From Planctomycetota bacterium (GTDB lineage Bacteria > Planctomycetota > GCA-002687715 > DRQF01): a DNA stretch of 35,466 bases. Positions 18,960-26,684 of this stretch are shown here, in pieces. Under the pieces are notes generated by a model. The model was given only the letters and a program-made list of their open reading frames with translations, was not told the origin of the DNA and did not search any database. Position 1 is the first letter of the stretch. Each line of letters starts with the position of its first letter. The stretch is from the NCBI GenBank assembly GCA_036479435.1, contig JAZGFI010000151.1, positions 1-35,466 of the forward strand, read 5' to 3'. Position numbers and translations under genes: made by a program.

Positions 18960-19712
18960 ATGGCGGCTACAGACGACCACTCATCAACAGACTCTAAGTC
19001 CTCGGCGGGCGCGAACCGACCGTTGTTGAGCGTTGTCATGCCAGTTTACAACGAGTTCCCAACGCTGGCGAAGATCGTCGAGCGGGTACAAGCGGTTCCC
19101 ATTGATCTTGAGATCATTGCCGTCGACGATGGCTCAAGCGATGGGTCGCGCGAACTTCTCCGAGCGCTCGAGGGCCCACGATTTCACGTCCTGTTCCACG
19201 AAAAGAACCAGGGCAAAGCGGGGGCCTTGAAAACGGGCTTTGCCGCGGCCCGGGGTGAGATCGTGATCATTCAGGATGCCGATCTTGAGTACGATCCCGA
19301 TGAGTACCCCAAGGTCTTGGGCCCCATATTGGACGGTCGTGCCGATGTGGTGTTTGGTTCGCGATTTCAAGGCGGCCAAGCTCGCGTCCACCTCTTTTTT
19401 CACTATGTCGCGAATCGCTTTTTGACGCTGCTTTCGAACATCTGCACGAACTTGAATCTCACGGACATGGAGTGCTGCTACAAGGCATTTCGCCGCGAAG
19501 TCTTGGAGCGATTTGAAATTGAGTCGAGTCGATTCGCCGTCGAGCCAGAACTCGCTCAAAAGGTGGCGAAGCTCAAGGTGAGGATCTACGAGGTCGGGGT
19601 CTCTTATCACGGCCGAGACTACCGCGAGGGCAAAAAGATCGGGTTTCGAGACGCTATCGAGGCCGTTTGGGCCATTCTTCGCTTCAAACTGTTTTGGTGG
19701 CCCCGGCGCTAA
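18960..19712 (+). CDS. GT2 glycosyltransferase, DPM1-like (polyprenol-phosphate glycosyltransferase type)
   Basis: LSVVMPVYNE, VDDGSSDG, NQGKAGAL, IIQDADLEYDP, DVVFGSRF, LTDMECCYK, F-x-VEPE, EGKKI. Confidence 0.88.
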   Translation: MAATDDHSSTDSKSSAGANRPLLSVVMPVYNEFPTLAKIVERVQAVPIDLEIIAVDDGSSDGSRELLRALEGPRFHVLFHEKNQGKAGALKTGFAAARGEIVIIQDADLEYDPDEYPKVLGPILDGRADVVFGSRFQGGQARVHLFFHYVANRFLTLLSNICTNLNLTDMECCYKAFRREVLERFEIESSRFAVEPELAQKVAKLKVRIYEVGVSYHGRDYREGKKIGFRDAIEAVWAILRFKLFWWPRR

Positions 19713-19954
19713 ACCCTGCTTCACCCTCAAGGACTAGCGGAAAACCCGACCGTTCTTGGTGGCGCTGTCTAGCCATGGCAGAATGGAGGCGCCAAGATCC
19801 AAAAGAACGATGTGACTCGCAATCAAGATCCGGAATCCGAATAGCCAAGGCTATAGTTTTTGACTGCAACGATACCGTTTTTAGGACCAGGGCGGACGAT
19901 CTGACGCATCTTGGGCATTCTGGTGGCTTCGGACCTAAGAACTGACGATAAACA

Positions 19955-20005
19955 GCGGAGAGACTCGACTTGGGGCGGTCCCGAGTCGGTGTTGAGTCTG
20001 TCCGC
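19955..20005 (+). other. Long imperfect hairpin in the leader of the export operon
   Basis: GCGGA-G-AGACT-CGACTTGGG-(GCGGT)-CCCGAGTCG-GTGTTG-AGTCT-G-TCCGC. It ends about 30 nt before ATG 20035. Confidence 0.5.
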
Positions 20006-20034
20006 AGGCGGCTATTGAAGGATTCCATTTCACC

Positions 20035-20817
20035 ATGACTTTTTGCCGATGGATAGGCTTGCTGGCAATCGTGGGCTTGGTGTCATGCAGCAACGGTCCC
20101 AATAGCAAGTATGAAGATTTCGGTGACCGCATCAACACCGAAGGCTTCGGCCACAAATTCGCGCAACCCGACGACGTCGATGAACTCGTGCTCGGGCCGC
20201 GCGATAGCGTCAATATTGAAGTTGCCAACATCCCCGAGGCGAGCAGCGCTCAGGTCATCAACGCCAACGGGGCCATCGAGATGTACTTCGTGGGCCAAGT
20301 GAAGATCGCGGGACTCACGCCCAGTGAGGCCGAGAACAAGATCAGAATCTTGATCACACCTTTCGTGAAGAGTCCGACCGTTCGCGTGCTTCCCATTAGC
20401 CAGAACAGTCAAAAGATCTACTTTTTCACGCGTGACGTTGACGGCACGCTGAGAGGTGGCAGTACTCCCTACCAAGGCGACACGACCCTCGTTGACCTCA
20501 TGATTGAAGTTTTTGATGGTGCCCCCGCCTTCGCTGATGATTGCAACATCAAAGTCCTCCGCGCTGATCCGCGGCATCCACAGCAGTGGATCATCAACTT
20601 CCGCGACATTGTGGTGAACGGGTACTCCGCGGCGAACATTCAAATGAAGCCCGACGATATCGTGTGGTTGCCCCAGAACACCTTCGCAAGGATTCAATCG
20701 GCCCTGTTCACGGTTACGCGCCCTTTGCGCGTTTTGTCGCAGACTCTGCGCAGTGCTGACGACTACCGCTTTTTGGCCGAAGAGGGCGAGTTTCGTTCGC
20801 AGAGAGGGCGGAGGTAG
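20035..20817 (+). CDS. Polysaccharide export (OPX/Wza-like) lipoprotein
   Basis: Lipobox-like LVS-C after a hydrophobic stretch. Poly_export motif LGPRDSVNI...INANGAIEMYFVGQVKIAGLTPSE, and SLBB-like ANIQMKPDDIVWLP. Confidence 0.88.
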   Translation: MTFCRWIGLLAIVGLVSCSNGPNSKYEDFGDRINTEGFGHKFAQPDDVDELVLGPRDSVNIEVANIPEASSAQVINANGAIEMYFVGQVKIAGLTPSEAENKIRILITPFVKSPTVRVLPISQNSQKIYFFTRDVDGTLRGGSTPYQGDTTLVDLMIEVFDGAPAFADDCNIKVLRADPRHPQQWIINFRDIVVNGYSAANIQMKPDDIVWLPQNTFARIQSALFTVTRPLRVLSQTLRSADDYRFLAEEGEFRSQRGRR

Positions 20818-20822
20818 CCGAC

Positions 20823-22457
20823 ATGCCGACTGAACTGCAGCCTCTTCCCCAAGTGACGAATATCGAGCCCGACGGCCCGAGCGTTCTCGACTACCTCGGC
20901 ATGTTTCGCCGGCGGTCGAAGACCATTCTTTTGCCCATGCTGATCATGGCAATCTTGGCCGGGATCGTGGCTTTTGTCATCCCGCCTCAATACGAAGCGA
21001 AGACGAAGTTTCAGATCGACGATCCGGGGCTTCTGAAGAACGTCGTCGGAATTGGCGGCGCCATCGCGCCTCACAAGCCTCTCCTGAACGCCATCGATGA
21101 TGAAATCAAGAACCCGCTTTTTCTGGGGGACCTCATTACCAAGGTTGGCATCAACGAAGGCTTCAATGTTTCGAAGCCGGCGGAGTTTATCGATCTCATT
21201 AAGTACATAGAGGAGAACCTGAAGGTCCAGTTGGACAAAGCCAACGCCGGGCCGGATCGCGTCCTCATTAGCTACACGGGCCGCAACCAGTCGAAAGTCG
21301 TTAACTTCGTCAATGAAATCCGCGATGCCTATGCCGTCCATTTTCAAAAACGCTACCGCGATCCTTCGCATTTCGCCTACCAAGCCACTTTTGACACCGT
21401 CGACAACCAAGAACGCACCCTGCGAGGCCGGCAAGCGGCGCTGAAGGCCTATTTGGCGCTTCCGAATACCAAGCGCCTTTTGGGAACTGGGCCCGGCTTG
21501 TCCAACCGGCTTGAGAAGTTGCGCGAGGAGGAATTTCGCCTCGTGCGCAACGCCGAGTCTCTTAACACGCAGCTGGCCCAGGCGTCTTTACAGCTGAAAG
21601 CGATGAAGCCGCGGCTACAAAGCGAGAAGTTCATTCCCAATCCGGCGAAGGAATCGCTTCGGATGGAATTGGCGCAGTTCCAAGCCGAGTACAACAGCGT
21701 CGCGATAGCGATGACAGATCTTGCGCCCCAAGTGAAGACGGCACGAGAAAAGATGGAGCGGGCTCGTGCCAGCTTCGCCGCAGAAAAATCATACCTCGTC
21801 GTGCCCGACACGATTGAGTCCAACAAACTCTACGTTCAAACCGAAGGTGAGCGCAATAAGATTCGCCGTGACCTCGACGCCAACGCCAAAGAGCTCATTC
21901 GAATCAAAAAGCAGATTCAGGGCACGGCCACCGAACTCGGGCGCGTACCAGAAGTGGACGCGCAAGTAGCCGCCATAGAAAGAGACATCAGTAGTCGCGG
22001 CGCCGAGCTTCGCAAGGCACGGCTTCGACACGGGCGTATGGAGGCCAACTGGACGCGAGTCCGTGATGCTTCGCTATTTAGAACGATTCGTTTTCCCAAC
22101 GGCAACGAGCCTCCGGTGTTCCCATCGATCCCCTTGTTCTTGGCCATCGGCGCCATGGCGGGCTTGTTGGTCGGGATCGGTGTAGCCTTCCTTCGGGAGT
22201 TCTCAGGAATGACATTCGCCACGACGGCACAAGTCAAAAATGCGATGCCACTACCTGTGCTCGGCGAAGTAGCTCGAATCGTCAGTGATGCCGAAGAACG
22301 CGAAGAACGCGTCAAGCGCACCCGCACTTTTTTGATTTTAGGCTTAGTTGTCATTTTGTTGGGCACTTTGCATCTCTTCTACTTCGAGAAGAGCCTCTCC
22401 CGCCACCTTCCTGCGTCCGTCATTCGAGTGATGGACAAGATCTATCTCGGGAGGTAG
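20823..22457 (+). CDS. Polysaccharide chain-length determinant / co-polymerase (Wzc N-terminal/GumC-like)
   Basis: LDYLGMFRRR followed by TM1 and PPQYEA, a long coiled-coil, PVFPS plus a Gly-rich TM2, LPVLGEV, and an extra C-terminal TM. Lies directly after the OPX gene. Confidence 0.85.
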   Translation: MPTELQPLPQVTNIEPDGPSVLDYLGMFRRRSKTILLPMLIMAILAGIVAFVIPPQYEAKTKFQIDDPGLLKNVVGIGGAIAPHKPLLNAIDDEIKNPLFLGDLITKVGINEGFNVSKPAEFIDLIKYIEENLKVQLDKANAGPDRVLISYTGRNQSKVVNFVNEIRDAYAVHFQKRYRDPSHFAYQATFDTVDNQERTLRGRQAALKAYLALPNTKRLLGTGPGLSNRLEKLREEEFRLVRNAESLNTQLAQASLQLKAMKPRLQSEKFIPNPAKESLRMELAQFQAEYNSVAIAMTDLAPQVKTAREKMERARASFAAEKSYLVVPDTIESNKLYVQTEGERNKIRRDLDANAKELIRIKKQIQGTATELGRVPEVDAQVAAIERDISSRGAELRKARLRHGRMEANWTRVRDASLFRTIRFPNGNEPPVFPSIPLFLAIGAMAGLLVGIGVAFLREFSGMTFATTAQVKNAMPLPVLGEVARIVSDAEEREERVKRTRTFLILGLVVILLGTLHLFYFEKSLSRHLPASVIRVMDKIYLGR

Positions 22458-22463
22458 GAGCCA

Positions 22464-23363
22464 ATGTACGAGTCTCATTTCGGTTTCGAGCGTTCGCCGT
22501 TTAACAACACCCCGGACACCTCGTTCTACTTTCCCAGCGAGCGACACAACGAGGCTTTGGCCCAGTTGCTCTACACGGTGACGGCCCGCAAGGGTTTTGC
22601 CGTGGTGACGGGGGAGATCGGTGCCGGAAAAACGACACTGTGCCGCGCGCTCTTTCGGCAGCTCGACGAAGAAGAAACTGTTACGGCTCTCATCACCAAT
22701 CCGCGCCTTACCGGTATCCAGCTGCTCTACGCCGTAGCTCGCGAGTTCGGGTTAGATGTCGAAGGAAAACATCGCGTCGGCATTCTCGATGCGATCAACG
22801 ACTTCCTTATTCGCATGTTGGGGCAAGACAAAAACGTCGTGCTGATCATTGACGAGGCGCAGAACCTTCCGCTCTCGACGATGGAGGAGGTGCGATTGAT
22901 TTCGAACCTCGAGACGGAAACTGAGAAGCTCATTCAGATCTTGCTTCTTGGTCAACCGGAGTTGAAAGAAAAGATTCAGCACCGAAGCCTTAAGCAGCTC
23001 CGCCAGCGCATCGCGATGCGTTATCACCTTGAGGCCTTGGACGTCACCGAGACGCTGCAATACATCAAACACCGCATGAAAATTGCGGGACCTCACCACA
23101 TCGTGAGGTTCTCAAATCGTGCTCTGCCGATGGTTCACCGTTACTCCGGTGGCATCCCTCGGCTCATCAATTTGGTCTGTGATCGTGCTCTCATTACGGC
23201 CTACGCCGAGAACGACGCCCGCATCACCAGCCGCGTCGTGATGGCCGCTATCCGAGAAATAGAAGGTCCAGATTGGACGTTCAAGCGCGCTCAGGCCGAT
23301 GCGAAAGACGAAGAAAAGAGGACTTTCCTTCGTCTCCCGTTCTTCTCGTCGAGGGATCGTTGA
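22464..23363 (+). CDS. ExeA-like AAA ATPase of the type found in XrtA/PEP-CTERM-associated EPS loci
   Basis: MYESHFGF..PF..TPD, Walker A TGEIGAGKTT, Walker B LIIDEAQNL, LLGQPEL, QLRQRI, SGGIPRLINLVCDRAL. Confidence 0.9.
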   Translation: MYESHFGFERSPFNNTPDTSFYFPSERHNEALAQLLYTVTARKGFAVVTGEIGAGKTTLCRALFRQLDEEETVTALITNPRLTGIQLLYAVAREFGLDVEGKHRVGILDAINDFLIRMLGQDKNVVLIIDEAQNLPLSTMEEVRLISNLETETEKLIQILLLGQPELKEKIQHRSLKQLRQRIAMRYHLEALDVTETLQYIKHRMKIAGPHHIVRFSNRALPMVHRYSGGIPRLINLVCDRALITAYAENDARITSRVVMAAIREIEGPDWTFKRAQADAKDEEKRTFLRLPFFSSRDR

Positions 23364-24319
23364 TGGGACGCATGCACGATGCTTTGCGAAAAGCAGAGCA
23401 GGATCGAAAAGAGAAACGAAAGCGCGACGAAGAAGCCCTACATAGCGCCGACCCCGTCAAGAAGCTTGTCGACACTACGAAGACGCAAAAGGCCAGCCTT
23501 GACGAGAAGTCGATAGAGAGGGTTTCTAGTGATTTAGCGCTCAAAACCGACAAGACCCTCGGCATGCCAGAGGTGGATGGCGACTCTCCTCAGCCCTCAC
23601 GCCCAGGCATCCTCGGCGCGCTGAAAGCGGTCGCACGACCGATTGCTATTTCCGGAAATCTGACACCGGGCAATCAACTTCTCGCCATTCACCGTCCCAA
23701 TGACTATCGCGTCGAGCAGTTCCGCGCCGTCAGGTCGAATCTGCAGGCCCTTGAGCCCGTCCCGCAAGTTATCGCGTTTACGAGTTCCGTTGAGGATGAA
23801 GGCTCAAGCCTTGTGGCTGCGAATCTCGCTTGCGTTTTCGCCGAAGAACGTGGAACGGAGATTCTGATTGTTGACGCGAACCTGCGTAACGCCGAACTCC
23901 ATGAGATTATTGGGATTGACCCCAATCGTCCGGGCCTGTCGGAAGTCCTATCGGCAACCATGGACCCGCTCGACGTGATCTTTGCCAGCGTTATTCCCCA
24001 CGTGTCCTACGTGGGGGCGGGCCGGATGACGGAGAATCCCGGCGGCCTGCTTCCGAGTCGTCGGATGACGGAAGCCATGGCATCCTGGCGAGAAAAATTC
24101 GACTACATCCTCGTCGATACCCCCGCGATCTTGGGCGTCAACGACGCGGCGGTTGTGGGGCACCATGTCGATGGAATGGTGTTGGTGTTGAAACTGGGCT
24201 CGACGCCACGCGACCTTGCTGATACGGCAATTTCTGGGCTTCGCGGCGCGGGGGTTCGACTTCTTGGTTGTGTCCTCACCAACGCTGAGCCGGGATCGTC
24301 GCCGCACGAAGCCAGATGA
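23363..24319 (+). CDS. CpsD/CapB-family (BY-kinase-like) protein with degenerate catalytic motifs
   Basis: MGRMHDALRKA N-terminus, EQFRAVRSNL, TSSVEDEGSSLVAANLA, IVDANLR, PGLSEVL, FDYILVDTP, VDGMVLV, LLGCVLTN. TGATG stop/start overlap at 23363. Confidence 0.88.
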   Translation: MGRMHDALRKAEQDRKEKRKRDEEALHSADPVKKLVDTTKTQKASLDEKSIERVSSDLALKTDKTLGMPEVDGDSPQPSRPGILGALKAVARPIAISGNLTPGNQLLAIHRPNDYRVEQFRAVRSNLQALEPVPQVIAFTSSVEDEGSSLVAANLACVFAEERGTEILIVDANLRNAELHEIIGIDPNRPGLSEVLSATMDPLDVIFASVIPHVSYVGAGRMTENPGGLLPSRRMTEAMASWREKFDYILVDTPAILGVNDAAVVGHHVDGMVLVLKLGSTPRDLADTAISGLRGAGVRLLGCVLTNAEPGSSPHEAR

Positions 24320-25542
24320 ACCTGCTCTATCTTGTCCATCGGATTCCGTATCCGCCGGACAAAGGCGATAAGATCCGATCCTACCATTGGCTGAAGGCTC
24401 TGACCGAACACCACGATGTCCACCTTGCGACTTTCTATGATGACCCGGCAGATCTCGTTCACCGTGGGGTGTTGGAGAAGATGTGCGCTAGCGTCACCAT
24501 GGTGGAGCTGAAGCCCAAGTTGGCTCGCCTAAGATCCCTGGCTGCGGTGGTGCAGGGCGGGCCTTTGTCGCTGCGCTACTTCGAAAGTTCACAGATGAGG
24601 AAAGCCCTCGTGAAACTTCGAAGTGAACAGAGTATCGATGTGCTTTTGGGCTACTCCGCTCCGATGGCGAGTTACCGGCGGGGTTTCGAAGAACTCCCGA
24701 TGGTGATGGACATGGTGGATGTGGATTCCGCGAAGTTCATGTCTTACGGAAAGAGTGCAAAAAGACCCCAACGTTGGGTGTACGCACTGGAGGGGCGACG
24801 TTTGGCCGCTTACGAAAGAAGGCTTGCCCGCGAACTCGACGCCGTCATCCTCTCCACCGAGCCCGAGGCGGAGTTGCTCAGAGAACGCGTCAGGGATTCT
24901 GGCCGCAAAGTGCGCATTGAAGCCATCACGAACGGGGTCGAACTGCCGCCCGAATCCGAGCTGCGTGAGTTTCTCGATTCCGATTCGGCCGAGCCTCGCT
25001 TTGTGTTCGTCGGCGCGATGGACTACTACGCGAACGTCGACGCTGTCGAGTTTGCGGCCCGCGACATCCTGCCTCGCTTGCGCGAGAAAATCCCCCATGC
25101 TCAGTTCGAGATCGTCGGCCGCTACCCGACGGCGGCGGTTCAGGCTTTGGGCGATTTGCCCGGCGTTACGGTGCACGGCGGCGTGCCTGATGTAGCGCCC
25201 TTTCTGCATCGGGCGGTTGCGAGCTTGGTGCCACTTCGCATCGCGCAGGGGATTCAAAACAAGGTTCTGGAGGCGATGGCCTACGGCCGCCCGGTGGTGA
25301 CCCATCCCCGCATCGTCCGCTCCCTGGGCCCTGGAGCCGAAAAGGTCGTGCTGGGGGCAGACAAAGCCGAAGACTACGCGAGACATTTGCTCGATCTTTG
25401 GGAGAATGTCGATCGACGGTCGGAACTTGGCCGGGCAAGTCGTGTCTTTGTACAAGAGCGATTTGCGTGGCAACCGAACTACGATCGCATTTGCGATCTC
25501 ATTGAAGACGTCTCAGTGAACAAGCAACGCCAGCCCGCATGA
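24316..25542 (+). CDS. GT4 glycosyltransferase resembling the TIGR03087 PEP-CTERM/XrtA-system family
   Basis: Characteristic N-terminus LLYLVHRIPYPPDKGDKIRSYH, MDMVDVDSAK, FVGAMDYYANVDAV, PLRIAQGIQNKVLEAMA. Confidence 0.9.
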   Translation: MNLLYLVHRIPYPPDKGDKIRSYHWLKALTEHHDVHLATFYDDPADLVHRGVLEKMCASVTMVELKPKLARLRSLAAVVQGGPLSLRYFESSQMRKALVKLRSEQSIDVLLGYSAPMASYRRGFEELPMVMDMVDVDSAKFMSYGKSAKRPQRWVYALEGRRLAAYERRLARELDAVILSTEPEAELLRERVRDSGRKVRIEAITNGVELPPESELREFLDSDSAEPRFVFVGAMDYYANVDAVEFAARDILPRLREKIPHAQFEIVGRYPTAAVQALGDLPGVTVHGGVPDVAPFLHRAVASLVPLRIAQGIQNKVLEAMAYGRPVVTHPRIVRSLGPGAEKVVLGADKAEDYARHLLDLWENVDRRSELGRASRVFVQERFAWQPNYDRICDLIEDVSVNKQRQPA

Positions 25543-26633
25543 GATTGCAGATCTGTCACCTCGTGACGTCGTTTGACACCGGCGGTCTCCAAAACGGCAT
25601 CGTCAACCTCTGCAATTACGGGTCTGACTCGAGCTTTCGCCACACGATATTGTCGCTGCAAGCAAAAGACGGGATGAAGGCGAGGTTGCGGCGTGGCGAT
25701 GTCCGTACCTTGGATTTCGATGGGGGCCGAAAACTAAGTGCCTATCGAGCCATCGCCGCGGTCTTGCGCGACATCAAACCCGACATTCTTCATACGAGAA
25801 ACTGGGGCACCTGGCCCGATGGTATTCTCGCGGCACGGGCGGCCAGTATTTCGGCCTGTATCCACGGCTACCACGGCCGAGATCTGAGCAACGCAAACTC
25901 CGAGTCGATGAAGCGGCGCATGATTGGTCGGGGGCTATCTGCGGCGACCAAGCGAGTTGTTTGTCTCAGCGAATCAATGAAGACGGAGTTTCGCCGGGAT
26001 TTCGGTACGTCTGAGAAAAAGATCCGAATCATTCCCAACGGCGTCGACCTGAAGCGGATGGAAGGCCCGGTTGCCGATCCCGAGTTGGCGTCGAGTTTTA
26101 GCGTTTGTACGCTCGGCCGCTTGGACGCTGTGAAAAACATCCCGCTGCTGATCCGCGCGTTCGCTCAGATGAAGACCCGAATGCCGTCAGATCGCCTCTG
26201 GATTGTCGGAGAGGGACCAGAACGCGCTCGACTCGAGTCGCTCATCGAGCAATCTGCGCTTGGCGACTCCGTTCATGTCCTCAAGGAGAGGAACGATGTC
26301 GCTGCGGTGATGAAGTCGGCACAGGTTTATGTCCAGCCCTCCTTTTACGAGGGAATGTCCAACACCATTGTCGAAGCGATGTCGATTGGCCTGCCGGTCA
26401 TCGCAACTGAAGTGGGGGGAAATGCCGATGTTAGCGGTGGGGAAGGCTATGCGATACTCGTGCCTTCCGACGACAGCGCGGCCATGGCCTCAGCCTTGGA
26501 TCGCCTGCGCGATGATGCGGTACTAAGGGAAAGACTGGGCCGGGCGGCGCGAGTTCGAGTGCGGGGTCGCTTTACGATCCCAAAGATGGTGACGGCTTAC
26601 GAGTCGCTGTACGAAGAAGTCGCTCAGAGCTAA
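25539..26633 (+). CDS. GT4 glycosyltransferase (TIGR03088-like)
   Basis: HLVTSFDTGGLQNGIVNL, PDILHTRNW, IPNGVD, GRLDAVKN, PSFYEGMSNTIVEAM, VGGN. Confidence 0.85.
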   Translation: MRLQICHLVTSFDTGGLQNGIVNLCNYGSDSSFRHTILSLQAKDGMKARLRRGDVRTLDFDGGRKLSAYRAIAAVLRDIKPDILHTRNWGTWPDGILAARAASISACIHGYHGRDLSNANSESMKRRMIGRGLSAATKRVVCLSESMKTEFRRDFGTSEKKIRIIPNGVDLKRMEGPVADPELASSFSVCTLGRLDAVKNIPLLIRAFAQMKTRMPSDRLWIVGEGPERARLESLIEQSALGDSVHVLKERNDVAAVMKSAQVYVQPSFYEGMSNTIVEAMSIGLPVIATEVGGNADVSGGEGYAILVPSDDSAAMASALDRLRDDAVLRERLGRAARVRVRGRFTIPKMVTAYESLYEEVAQS

Positions 26634-26684
26634 GTTCGATCGTTAGCGATCACCGCCAAGACGAAGGAAAGGAGAGACCAAGAC

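Noticed and set aside
19776..19930. GG-N10-GC sequences as sigma54 promoters for a PrsR-type regulator (also at 33321-33335)
   Set aside because: They match the consensus poorly, lacking TTGC, and are expected by chance at this GC content.
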